Sequence record: NC_021529.2
Length of the DNA: 64,000 nucleotides
Strand: one strand, 5' to 3'
A program made the position numbers and the translations under genes. Position 1 is the first letter of the stretch. Every line of letters begins with the position of its first letter. The notes beneath the pieces were generated by a model that was not told where the DNA came from, ran no database searches, and was given only the letters and a program-made list of their open reading frames with translations. Below, piece after piece: positions 35,800 to 44,701 of this stretch.

Positions 35800-36207
35800 A
35801 TGAGCAATGCAAATCTTGATAAAGACTTGAAATGGATTTTTAACTTACTTCTTATCTCGTGTCTTATTGGCGCATCGTTTATCGGTCTTATAATTTACAG
35901 CGCAGCGACTAAATCTGATGTGATAAATGATGTTCGCATCACTGAATACGGCACAGTGAAGTCTGTTAGCTCATGTAACAAGTCAAAGCATTCGTTGAAG
36001 TGTCGAGTTGTGACTGACAGATATACATTCAGTAACACTGACATTACAGATTACCCAGGTGATTTTGTTCAAGTTGGTGACAGAATATACTTGGAACGTC
36101 GATTCTACGATGATCGTGTTGAGACATGGATTGGTAAAAATCAAACTGTTCGTTCGCGTAGTGTGTGTCACTCATGGATGCCGTGTTTTAACAAAGCAGA
36201 TAACTAA
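35800..36207 (+). CDS. TM-anchored hypothetical protein
   Basis: N-terminal TM; four Cys in soluble part. Confidence 0.65.
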   Translation: MSNANLDKDLKWIFNLLLISCLIGASFIGLIIYSAATKSDVINDVRITEYGTVKSVSSCNKSKHSLKCRVVTDRYTFSNTDITDYPGDFVQVGDRIYLERRFYDDRVETWIGKNQTVRSRSVCHSWMPCFNKADN

Positions 36208-36216
36208 GGAAAACAA

Positions 36217-36438
36217 ATGAAAGTAGTATACGAAAACGCAACCAAGCACGAAAAAGGGCTAGTCGTTAATTTGAAATTCAACGATGAAACAGAGTTTCGT
36301 GTAGGAAATGGTGCTGTCCAACGTGGTAAATCGTTTCAGGGTAAAGTAAAGAAAGGCGAAAAAGTCTACGCAGATGAATTCGTAGTTGCTCACGCAAGCC
36401 AAACAGTCGAAGACGCTAACAAGCGCCGATGCAAATAG
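36217..36438 (+). CDS. hypothetical protein
   Basis: AAGGA SD. Confidence 0.6.
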   Translation: MKVVYENATKHEKGLVVNLKFNDETEFRVGNGAVQRGKSFQGKVKKGEKVYADEFVVAHASQTVEDANKRRCK

Positions 36439-36447
36439 GAGAATAAC

Positions 36448-37422
36448 ATGCACGCAGGTGTAATAGGTAAATTCAACAACTATCATCAAGGTCACTTTAA
36501 GCTAATCAAGTTCGCGCTGTCGATTGCTGACAAAGTAACAGTTTTGCTTTGCACTGAAGACACTGATCCAATTTCAGTTGAAACTCGTATGAAGTGGATG
36601 CATCAAGATTTCGGTAATCGTATTCGCATCAGCGTATTGCAACCAAGCGCACACGGGTTATCAAACAAGTCAGAATCTGATCGCGAAGTATCGAAGCAAT
36701 GGGCTGCGTTCATCGATGACAATTATCCAGAGATTGATGCGTTTGTTGGCTCAGAGCAATACATCAATTACTGTGCTGAGTACGGTAACTTTGATGGTAT
36801 CATTTACGACGAAGCACGCGAGATCACACCTTGCTCAAGCACTTCAGTTCGTGAGAATGATTTGCATGAATTCTACAGCCCGAGCGCCCAGCAAGATCGA
36901 GTTAAGAGAATTGCATTCATCGGTCCCGAGTCTTGTGGTAAGTCATGGAACGCAGCGACTATCGCAGCAGCAAACGGTTACGAGCTTGTGCTAGAAGCAG
37001 CCCGCGACATCATGAGCGACAATCATTACACTGAGCACGACGTTCTAGAGTTCGCGATTGCACAAACGGCACGAATTGAAGCAACTGGTAAAGAAAGTGA
37101 CACTGTAATCGTTGACTCTTCTGCTGTTACGTCTGCTGTGTATAGTCAATTTCAGTTCAATGAAACACCAACATTGCTGAAAGCACTAGCTGCATATGAA
37201 AGCATTGATGCTTACGTATTGTTCCGTCCGAACTGTGAGTTTGTTCAAGACGGCACTCGAACGCAATCACAACGTGAAAGAGAACTGTGGTTTGAAATCG
37301 CACAAGAGTTATTGGTTGCAACAGGTAAGCCGTTCATGACTGTTCAGAAAGGTAACAATTGGGAAGAGCGTCTTCACGAGACGGTAGTTCACATCTCAAT
37401 GCTAAGGGATTTAATCAAATGA
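36448..37422 (+). CDS. nadR: NadR-like NMN adenylyltransferase / ribosylnicotinamide kinase (no HTH)
   Basis: GKFNNYHQGH (HxGH); IAFIGPESCGKS Walker A; FVQDGTR. Confidence 0.82.
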   Translation: MHAGVIGKFNNYHQGHFKLIKFALSIADKVTVLLCTEDTDPISVETRMKWMHQDFGNRIRISVLQPSAHGLSNKSESDREVSKQWAAFIDDNYPEIDAFVGSEQYINYCAEYGNFDGIIYDEAREITPCSSTSVRENDLHEFYSPSAQQDRVKRIAFIGPESCGKSWNAATIAAANGYELVLEAARDIMSDNHYTEHDVLEFAIAQTARIEATGKESDTVIVDSSAVTSAVYSQFQFNETPTLLKALAAYESIDAYVLFRPNCEFVQDGTRTQSQRERELWFEIAQELLVATGKPFMTVQKGNNWEERLHETVVHISMLRDLIK

Positions 37423-37778
37423 GTGTAATTACATTTTTGTATGTAGCAAATCTAGCAATATTCTTTCTGATTACATTTGCAGTGTTTGTTCTTAAATTTG
37501 CGTTTCTTCGTGATATCACGTTCAAGCAAGTTCTTAACAGAGTGCAATATTTTAAATACGGCATGATACTACCGCAGACGCTACACGATGAGCTTCACTA
37601 TAAAGGTGACGAAAAAGAAGATAATTCGCCATATTGGCTGTTCATGTTCATTGCGTTTGACGTTGCGATTTTAGTTGTGTTCATGTTGATAGTAAACATT
37701 TTCCCAATCGTTGGCATTATAGCAGCAGTTCTGATCGCAATTCGCATGATTATGATGAGGGTTAAACATGGTAACTAA
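37419..37778 (+). CDS. Membrane paralog family D, copy 1 (divergent)
   Basis: TM-KFAFLRDITF...FD-TM-TM. Confidence 0.55.
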   Translation: MSVITFLYVANLAIFFLITFAVFVLKFAFLRDITFKQVLNRVQYFKYGMILPQTLHDELHYKGDEKEDNSPYWLFMFIAFDVAILVVFMLIVNIFPIVGIIAAVLIAIRMIMMRVKHGN

Positions 37779-38112
37779 ATTTCTAATCGTAGTACTGCTC
37801 AGCGCGTGGGTTATTAACGCATTGATAACACCATTCTTGGCAATCGGTGGTATGATTTTCAATTTCACATTCAGAACTAATATCAAGTTTGGAAATCTCG
37901 TACGAACTTGGCAAGAATTCAAATATGATTGGTTCTGGTCATTCGGGTATGATGATGTAGACTACTTCGCGACGTGGATTTTCTTAGATGTTATCATACT
38001 AGGGCTTGCTGCCGGGATATCAGCCGCAGCGATTCAAGATATATCACCGATGTTAGCTATTGTAGTAGTTCCATTTATCATTCGCTTTATTATAGGATTT
38101 TTCAAAAAATGA
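37768..38112 (+). CDS. Membrane paralog family D, copy 2
   Basis: NAL..P...FNFTFRTNI...FLD...PFIIRFIIG..KK. Confidence 0.7.
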   Translation: MVTKFLIVVLLSAWVINALITPFLAIGGMIFNFTFRTNIKFGNLVRTWQEFKYDWFWSFGYDDVDYFATWIFLDVIILGLAAGISAAAIQDISPMLAIVVVPFIIRFIIGFFKK

Positions 38113-38453
38113 TTGACTTAATTTTCGCTATCGTGCTAGTATTAATCTCAGCAAACGCACTAAGTGTTCCACTTGTAGCATCTGTGATGTCATTGTTCAA
38201 TTTCATGTTCAGAACTGAGATTGATTGGCAATCAAAACTACAAGCTTTTCAGATGAAGAAGTACAATGGGTTTGTACAACATAGCAGTTCGTTCGACAAT
38301 GCTGACTTTATCATGACATCGTTTCTTGATATTTGTCTCGGTGCAATTGCAATCATCGTAGTGGCGTTCATTTTGCACGCAGCACCTTTCGTGTGTTTTC
38401 TAGTACCAATCCCATTTATTATCCGATACATCGTCGGTAAGGTTAAGAAATGA
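38109..38453 (+). CDS. Membrane paralog family D, copy 3
   Basis: NAL..P...FNFMFRTEI...FLD...PFIIRYIVG..KK. Confidence 0.7.
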   Translation: MIDLIFAIVLVLISANALSVPLVASVMSLFNFMFRTEIDWQSKLQAFQMKKYNGFVQHSSSFDNADFIMTSFLDICLGAIAIIVVAFILHAAPFVCFLVPIPFIIRYIVGKVKK

Positions 38454-38716
38454 GTTTAGAAAACTACACTGAAAATCAGCTTCGCGACGAAATAGCACGT
38501 CGCGAACGTGAACGCAAAACGCTTGAAAGCATTCAAGTCGTCATTGACAAAACACCAGCGCAAGAAGTCGAGAATCGACTTGTCAATCTAGGCAAGATGT
38601 ATCTTCGTGATGAACTTGATGATCGAGAAATCGACACACGATGGGCATACGAAGAGTTAATGGAAATTGTATATGGCAAAGGCGTGTTTGACAAACTGTG
38701 TCAGTTACGCCGTTAA
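38450..38716 (+). CDS. hypothetical protein
   Basis: ATGA overlap; ends YEELMEIVYGKGVFDKL. Confidence 0.65.
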   Translation: MSLENYTENQLRDEIARRERERKTLESIQVVIDKTPAQEVENRLVNLGKMYLRDELDDREIDTRWAYEELMEIVYGKGVFDKLCQLRR

Positions 38717-38740
38717 CAATCAATTTGAGAGAAAAATATT

Positions 38741-39424
38741 ATGTTTGATTTACTGTTTAACATCAACCACACTGTGTTTTCAATAGGCGATTATGCAGTA
38801 TCTGGTCTAGAACTTTGGGCTACAATCACTGGCTTGGTATGTGTCATCATGGCGCGTATGAACATGAAGCACAACTTCACAGTCGGCATTGTAAACTGTA
38901 TCGGATTTGCGATTCTGTTCTTTCAGATTCAGCTATACAGCGACGTGCTCTTGCAGGGATTCTTCATTGCAGCAAGTGCATACGGGTTCTATCAGTGGAA
39001 TAAGAAAGACGACGATGAAGTCCTCATTCAATATATGACACCGCTAAGCACGTTCCTTGCTATCAGCTTGACTGCTATCGCAACATACGCACTTACCCAC
39101 AGCATTGACACGATAATGTGGATAAGTGGCAACATTCTTGTGGATAACTATGAACATATCCCAGCAGCACTATCTGGATTAGATGCATTCACAACGTGTG
39201 CGAGTATCATGGCGTTCATGCTGATGATTCAGCGTAAAGTCGAAGCGTGGCTGTTCTGGGTAGCAGTAAACGTCGTGTGTATCTACAACTACAGTGCACA
39301 AGGTGTTATCGTAGTCGCAGTCGAGTACTGTATCTTCCTAATGAACGCTATGTTAGCGGTATTAACGTGGCATCGTGAAGCATCACAAAACAAGTTGATG
39401 CTCGAATTGAAAGAGCAATGGTGA
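38741..39424 (+). CDS. pnuC: Nicotinamide riboside transporter PnuC
   Basis: ELWATITGLVCV, QLYSDVLLQGFF...YGFYQW, LDAFTTCASI...RKVEAWLFWVAVNVV. Confidence 0.88.
   Translation: MFDLLFNINHTVFSIGDYAVSGLELWATITGLVCVIMARMNMKHNFTVGIVNCIGFAILFFQIQLYSDVLLQGFFIAASAYGFYQWNKKDDDEVLIQYMTPLSTFLAISLTAIATYALTHSIDTIMWISGNILVDNYEHIPAALSGLDAFTTCASIMAFMLMIQRKVEAWLFWVAVNVVCIYNYSAQGVIVVAVEYCIFLMNAMLAVLTWHREASQNKLMLELKEQW
39093..39147. repeat. Intragenic DnaA-box mini-cluster in pnuC
   Basis: TTACCCACA 39093, TGTGGATAA 39117, TGTGGATAA 39139. Confidence 0.55.
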
Positions 39425-39428
39425 GAAA

Positions 39429-39851
39429 ATGAAAATCGTAATGCAAGTTAAATTCGACGGCACGAATGGGTTAGACATCGACCGTATGCACCCGATGCTA
39501 GACTTCATCAAAGGTGAAGGTGAGATTAAACTCGGTAACAACTACTACAAAGCAGGCACTACGTTTGCAGTCAATTCAAAACATGAGTGTTTCGTCGTTG
39601 AGTCAAACACGTGGGATGAAGTCAAAGATGCGGTAAACGGGATCTTCAAAACGACTGGTGAGTTTACAAAACGCTCCCCAGACACAGACGTTGTATCCGT
39701 CGTGTTTGACAATGCTCTACCGCAAGCACTTGATAAAGCACTACAGCTTGCATTCATCCATGATCTCGACCGTTATAGCGTTGATTGTCAAGTAATGCTT
39801 AACGGCTACGAGCAATTACGCACAAAAGGTTGGATTGGTGATGGCGTATAA
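39429..39851 (+). CDS. hypothetical protein
   Basis: Packed ORF. Confidence 0.65.
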   Translation: MKIVMQVKFDGTNGLDIDRMHPMLDFIKGEGEIKLGNNYYKAGTTFAVNSKHECFVVESNTWDEVKDAVNGIFKTTGEFTKRSPDTDVVSVVFDNALPQALDKALQLAFIHDLDRYSVDCQVMLNGYEQLRTKGWIGDGV

Positions 39852-40338
39852 AAAGTTCAATATCCGCGAGAACTTCGAGCACAGCACTCATGATGAAATG
39901 CAATGTCTTCACTACGTATTTGATAAAGTCGAGCCGTATTGGCGTGATTGTAAGATGCTGACCGAAGAACAACGATTCATAATGGCTCAATGTCATACCA
40001 TGGCAGTGTCTCGTACGTTGAAAAACGCTATCATCGACGCCAAACGTCATGAAATAATGACTCGGCTACGTCAAGAAGAAGCAGATCGCATTTACAATGG
40101 TGACACATCGAAGCTCTACTTGTATTACCCGCACCATCTTGTCGATGAAGAGTACCCGTTACATTGTGAATGGTGGGTTAGCTACTGTGAAAAAGACATC
40201 GAGATCATAGAAATTGCGGTTCAGAAAAGTCGGTACGCTGACGGTCGTTATCTTAGACGTGACCGCTATCACCTTGAAACGATGATGAATGTTTTCGACG
40301 AAGTTCGTGAAAAACTTGAACGACGGTTTTTAATGTAA
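39841..40338 (+). CDS. hypothetical protein
   Basis: Packed ORF. Confidence 0.65.
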   Translation: MAYKKFNIRENFEHSTHDEMQCLHYVFDKVEPYWRDCKMLTEEQRFIMAQCHTMAVSRTLKNAIIDAKRHEIMTRLRQEEADRIYNGDTSKLYLYYPHHLVDEEYPLHCEWWVSYCEKDIEIIEIAVQKSRYADGRYLRRDRYHLETMMNVFDEVREKLERRFLM

Positions 40339-40532
40339 TGCAAATAGACGAATCTAAGCTTGATGACATACGAAGCAAGTTAAGGGACTTGAATAATCGC
40401 GAAAAACATTACTCATGGAAGAGATAATGCGCGATCTTAGCTTCTTTCACGGCAACCCGGATAAAAAGCGTGCTGCTCATTCTTATATGAAGATAGCACA
40501 CGGCGGTAACTTCTACTTTAAGGACTTGAAAA

Positions 40533-40808
40533 ATGAGCGCACCTAGTACTGCACATTTCTTTGCCGTTCATGAAAACGGTGAACGCGAACACTTAGGTTA
40601 TATCTTCTGTAACTGCGGTTGGTTCTTTCATGAAGAACACTTCCTTGCAGATATTGCAGACGACATCGAACGCAGTGAGATTCTAAATGGCACAATGAAG
40701 AAAGGTGTCGAGTGGGATTATGTAATCGCATACGACATGGCATGGTCGAAAGATACTGTCATGAGTCATTTACCAGAACTAGCACCGAGACGAGGTGATA
40801 ATGTTTGA
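40533..40808 (+). CDS. hypothetical protein
   Basis: AAGGA SD. Confidence 0.6.
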   Translation: MSAPSTAHFFAVHENGEREHLGYIFCNCGWFFHEEHFLADIADDIERSEILNGTMKKGVEWDYVIAYDMAWSKDTVMSHLPELAPRRGDNV

Positions 40809-41028
40809 CGCAATTCATTTCATGATCATTAAATCACCAATCTGGTTCACTGTAATAGAAGCGTTTTTACTTATATTCACAGCAGCATCATTAGAAATGT
40901 TATCTGACAGTCATGTACTCGACTCAGAAGCAGAACGCAAGATAACTGTATGCGTATTCTACGTCTGTCTATTCATGTTGATATTCATACCATACATGTG
41001 GTTATTCTACGTACCATCATACTTTTAA
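40801..41028 (+). CDS. Two-TM membrane protein
   Basis: GAGG SD; two hydrophobic helices. Confidence 0.6.
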   Translation: MFDAIHFMIIKSPIWFTVIEAFLLIFTAASLEMLSDSHVLDSEAERKITVCVFYVCLFMLIFIPYMWLFYVPSYF

Positions 41029-41049
41029 GACGCTGCGGCGTCTTTTTTT
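41027..41049 (+). terminator. Intrinsic terminator
   Basis: AAGACGC-TGCG-GCGTCTTTTTTT. Confidence 0.8.
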
Positions 41050-41069
41050 CGTTTTATTGAAAAAAGTGC

Positions 41070-41138
41070 TTGCAATGAAAACCGAATAGCAGTATTATAG
41101 CTACATCGAAACGAGATACACAAAAGGAAAACATTATG
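41070..41138 (+). promoter_or_regulatory. Early promoter cassette
   Basis: TTGCAA 41070, 17 bp spacer, TATTAT 41093; CTACATCGAAACGAGATAC. Confidence 0.8.
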
Positions 41139-41492
41139 AAAACATTCATCAGAGACAACGCAGTAACAAGCACGAATCACATTGAACTTGAAATCACGAC
41201 TGAAGTCCTAGGTTGGTTCAATAATCAATTCAATCAAGCTGACGGCTGGGTTATCGTTGCACTTGATAAATTCGAAGAATCGTTTCTTGAAGATGCATCA
41301 ATCGACCACACAAACGTGTATCGTGTAATGAACGATGATCGCACTAGCTTATGTCGCATCAACGTTGAGAAAGAAACATATGCGTTTCTTGATAACGCTG
41401 AGCTAATGGAAACTGGTATGTACAGATTCGAGCGCCCAGCTAAGTATCGCTCACTGTACGCTGACTCTAAAAATGAACTATTCGAGGTGTAA
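41136..41492 (+). CDS. hypothetical protein
   Basis: First gene after cassette. Confidence 0.65.
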   Translation: MKTFIRDNAVTSTNHIELEITTEVLGWFNNQFNQADGWVIVALDKFEESFLEDASIDHTNVYRVMNDDRTSLCRINVEKETYAFLDNAELMETGMYRFERPAKYRSLYADSKNELFEV

Positions 41493-41493
41493 T

Positions 41494-41670
41494 ATGGATA
41501 CTATCTTTTATCTGATGAATGACAATCCGCTAATGTTTATTCTTGCCATCTTCGCAATGACTGTGATTTGTTTCTACTCGATTGCTAATCGAAATCAATT
41601 GCTGTTGTTTTTGTGTGGCATATTCTTTGGATTTATAATGCCGTTCGTCTTTTTATACACACCATCATAA
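41494..41670 (+). CDS. Small two-TM protein
   Basis: GAGG SD; hydrophobic. Confidence 0.6.
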   Translation: MDTIFYLMNDNPLMFILAIFAMTVICFYSIANRNQLLLFLCGIFFGFIMPFVFLYTPS

Positions 41671-41679
41671 GGGAATATC

Positions 41680-41910
41680 ATGCTTAAATTGACAATTTTT
41701 GACGAAGAGAAAATAGTGCAAGTGGGACAAGCAGTACGTATTGAACACGTGCGTACAAAAGCTGTAGAAACTGCGTACGTTGGGTTGATCAGAGGCGCAT
41801 TTGTCGCGCTGTTTAGCGACGACGCAATCTATGTCTTCCACGACGGTAGCTTTCGCGACACAACAGGTACTTATCGCCTAGCACACAACGCAAAACTGAC
41901 ACATCACTAA
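41680..41910 (+). CDS. hypothetical protein
   Basis: AGGGA SD. Confidence 0.6.
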   Translation: MLKLTIFDEEKIVQVGQAVRIEHVRTKAVETAYVGLIRGAFVALFSDDAIYVFHDGSFRDTTGTYRLAHNAKLTHH

Positions 41911-41922
41911 GAGGAAAAGAAC

Positions 41923-42162
41923 ATGTTTGGATTTATTGAAGACGCATTCGACAGCGTAGTTAACACAGTAGACGATTTTATCGATGATCCAGTTGGTCAG
42001 ACTGTGTATCACGCAACGTCACCAATCCGTGATGCTGCTGAAATCATTGAAGGGCTTACCGAAGGTGAGATCAGAGCAATGGCAGTAGCTCGACTAGGCG
42101 CAGATATCGCAGCAGGCATGGCAATTTCTGAAATCATTGAAGTACTTGAATTAGGCGAATAA
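41923..42162 (+). CDS. Small acidic amphipathic protein
   Basis: GAGG SD; FIEDAFDSVVNTVDDFIDDP. Confidence 0.65.
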   Translation: MFGFIEDAFDSVVNTVDDFIDDPVGQTVYHATSPIRDAAEIIEGLTEGEIRAMAVARLGADIAAGMAISEIIEVLELGE

Positions 42163-42164
42163 CA

Positions 42165-42431
42165 ATGACTGAAGCAAAACAAACTATCTGGTTACCACAC
42201 GTAGTATTGACTTATTTCCATGCAGCTCTTGTGCTACTAAACTTGTGGACTGCTTCATCAATGTACGAGTCGAATGTTCCAATGCTAATCGGTCTAATGC
42301 CTGGTATGAGTATCGGTATGAGTCTCACGCTCGTGTTGTTTATGTGGGACAAGAACAAAGAAACGTTCATCGATGATATTAAGCAACCATTTAAACTGCG
42401 TATCAACAAGCGAGGTAACAACAATGCGTAG
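42165..42431 (+). CDS. Two-TM membrane protein
   Basis: Two hydrophobic helices. Confidence 0.6.
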   Translation: MTEAKQTIWLPHVVLTYFHAALVLLNLWTASSMYESNVPMLIGLMPGMSIGMSLTLVLFMWDKNKETFIDDIKQPFKLRINKRGNNNA

Positions 42432-42597
42432 CTTACCGTTCACACTGTTTCGCGTATGTTCGATATTCTTTGCTGGTATGGCAATGGAGCGATTCATGCA
42501 CACAGATAGCGTACCATCACTTGCAATATTAGCACCAATTGTAGTTCTAGTATGCTTCGGAATTGGCATAACAATCGATTTGGCAGATAAAAAATGA
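42424..42597 (+). CDS. Small two-TM protein
   Basis: GAGG SD; hydrophobic. Confidence 0.6.
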   Translation: MRSLPFTLFRVCSIFFAGMAMERFMHTDSVPSLAILAPIVVLVCFGIGITIDLADKK

Positions 42598-43328
42598 AAA
42601 AGACTAAGATCACAGCACGAGTTGGTATGATGTCTCTTGTAGGCGTATCAGGCTCATTCCCGTACGCACGCGGCAATTACTGTAGTAACACACAAGGCTA
42701 TTACTTTGTCAATCTATGGGCAGAGAATCTTGAACATCTAATCAATAACGGGTACTTGCCCGACGGGCAAATCGAAGTGCTGCTGTTTAGAGACAATAAG
42801 CAACAAGACTATCGTTATGCCTACGTTATTGACGAGCGTGTGCCAAAAGAAGCACTACACGCGCCATACTTCTGCGGCATTGCGACTTCTGTTGAGGTCA
42901 TGCGCTACCACTATCAAACACCAGACGATAAATGTCTATGCGATACTGACGACTACAGCGTTCTTAGCGCACATTCGTGGGACAATAAAGGTCGTTCAGT
43001 GCGTCATTGCCCACAGTGCGACACTCGCTTCACTATTCAGACGAAAAGGCGCAACGATGTGTATCGTGTTCAGATGTTTTCCGAATTCTCACGGGGTGAA
43101 TGGAATCTGCTGTATTACAAGGATGGTGTGTTCTACACGATTCCAGGCAACGAGCCAGTAGCAGAAGAAGACATTATCAAAGTCGACCGAACGGCAGTGT
43201 GTACATTCGGTAGTGGTGATGACCAACGAGGTGCGATTTCACTTGCGGATTTCAATTTCAGCGGCTTGATTGAGAAAGCAGTTTCTGATACAGTTGACGG
43301 TGTAACCACTTATACTGTACAAAAATAG
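42594..43328 (+). CDS. hypothetical protein with Zn ribbon
   Basis: CLCD...HCPQCDT. Confidence 0.65.
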   Translation: MKKTKITARVGMMSLVGVSGSFPYARGNYCSNTQGYYFVNLWAENLEHLINNGYLPDGQIEVLLFRDNKQQDYRYAYVIDERVPKEALHAPYFCGIATSVEVMRYHYQTPDDKCLCDTDDYSVLSAHSWDNKGRSVRHCPQCDTRFTIQTKRRNDVYRVQMFSEFSRGEWNLLYYKDGVFYTIPGNEPVAEEDIIKVDRTAVCTFGSGDDQRGAISLADFNFSGLIEKAVSDTVDGVTTYTVQK

Positions 43329-43401
43329 TACAAAAAATCGGCGTTCCTGCGGAGCTGGTGTCTTGCGACACCGTGCGCTCCGCGTCTTGTAGGTAAAATA
43401 T

Positions 43402-43527
43402 ATGTTCACTCGACTTATTTCAAAATTTATTGTATGCAAGCATCTTGATAGAATAGAACATTCAGTTCACGGTATTGTGTTTTGGCAATGCCCTCATTGT
43501 GGCGAAGATAACTATCGAGATCGTTAA
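43402..43527 (+). CDS. Micro Zn-ribbon-like protein (41 aa)
   Basis: Read by hand: MFTRLISKFIVCKH...WQCPHCGEDNYRDR; its start region and the next gene's start region are an identical 19-mer. Confidence 0.55.
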   Translation: MFTRLISKFIVCKHLDRIEHSVHGIVFWQCPHCGEDNYRDR

Positions 43528-43538
43528 AGGTAAAATAT

Positions 43539-43832
43539 ATGTTCACAACAAAGCAATTTGTTCAAATCGAGCACAACTACTCTCATATCGATACGGTCAA
43601 TCTTGAAGATCGAAAAGGCGTACCTCAGGCGAAATTCGTGATTGAAATCAAAACAGGAACATATTACAATCACAAAACAGACTCGATGAAAGAGATAGAC
43701 CCAGAACTAGTAGGGTATTGGATTCTATCAGACGCAATCGACCCATATTGGTACTCAGTTGACGAATGTTTAAAAGAGTACGAATGGGAACGAGCACGAG
43801 AAATAACAATCACATCATGGGAAGCAATTTAA
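43539..43832 (+). CDS. hypothetical protein
   Basis: AAGG SD. Confidence 0.65.
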   Translation: MFTTKQFVQIEHNYSHIDTVNLEDRKGVPQAKFVIEIKTGTYYNHKTDSMKEIDPELVGYWILSDAIDPYWYSVDECLKEYEWERAREITITSWEAI

Positions 43833-44206
43833 TGAGCACAAATTCAAATATTAGCATTGTAAACGCAGACGGCACAACACGTTCAATCTACTGTCACTGG
43901 GATGGTGGTTTATGGGATGGTGGCGTAGCACAAACTCTAATCGAGTTCTATCGCACTGAAAGCGAAGTTAACGAACTTATCGATCACGGAGCGTGTAGCT
44001 CACTTGGTGGGTCAGTAAATGACAGTTTATTCTATCATCGTGACCGTGGGGAAGATCTTGATATTCGAATCAACGAAACTCCAAATGAAGAATATCATTA
44101 CACATTCAATAACGGTCAGTGGTATGTATGCTGCCCAGAAACTGAATGGGCTGATGTAATTCTGACTGAAGAATTGCGCGTTGAACTAGAAAAGTACGAC
44201 GGTTGA
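43832..44206 (+). CDS. Conserved phage hypothetical protein
   Basis: SIYCHWDG...YHRDRGE...EYHYTF motif. Confidence 0.7.
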   Translation: MSTNSNISIVNADGTTRSIYCHWDGGLWDGGVAQTLIEFYRTESEVNELIDHGACSSLGGSVNDSLFYHRDRGEDLDIRINETPNEEYHYTFNNGQWYVCCPETEWADVILTEELRVELEKYDG

Positions 44207-44207
44207 T

Positions 44208-44486
44208 ATGAAAACTACATTCTTCAATGCATCAGGAACTGAAATGCAATTCAATTGGTTTCACGTCCCGTATGCTTACACAAACATCAATCTAGGTAAT
44301 AAGCAGCTTGTTATTGCTGAGATTTCACGAAATGTGAATCGAATCGCGTATGCACTGCGTAACAATGACACTGGTCGTATTGGCATTGTTCGATTAAAGA
44401 AGATTCATAATGATCGCAATCGCGGTAAGTACTTTGATTACAAAGGCAAGAAAGTCTTCTTAAAAGACGTTGGGGTTGTGTTATGA
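44208..44486 (+). CDS. hypothetical protein
   Basis: Packed ORF. Confidence 0.6.
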   Translation: MKTTFFNASGTEMQFNWFHVPYAYTNINLGNKQLVIAEISRNVNRIAYALRNNDTGRIGIVRLKKIHNDRNRGKYFDYKGKKVFLKDVGVVL

Positions 44487-44629
44487 TTACAAAATTGATT
44501 ATCGCTGCATTGCTTGTATATGCAATGCATCAAGCTACAAAGCCAATCAAATGCGAAGCATGTGGAGCTGATGATGCATCAAGTGATGGTGTCGGTCTAA
44601 TGCTTTGTAAAGAATGCATGAAAAAATAA
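44483..44629 (+). CDS. Micro zinc-finger protein with hydrophobic N-terminus (48 aa)
   Basis: Read by hand: MITKLIIAALLVYAM...CEACG...LCKECMKK. Confidence 0.55.
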   Translation: MITKLIIAALLVYAMHQATKPIKCEACGADDASSDGVGLMLCKECMKK

Positions 44630-44632
44630 TCA

Positions 44633-44701
44633 AAAAGGGTTGACAGATGTCAGCCCTTTTTTGTATCATAGCAATACGCAAACAAAAGAGAGAAAATTAT
44701 G
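44633..44701 (+). promoter_or_regulatory. Early promoter/hairpin cassette
   Basis: AAAGGGTTGACA-GA-TGTCAGCCCTTTTTT; TTGACA 44640, TATCAT 44664. Confidence 0.8.
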
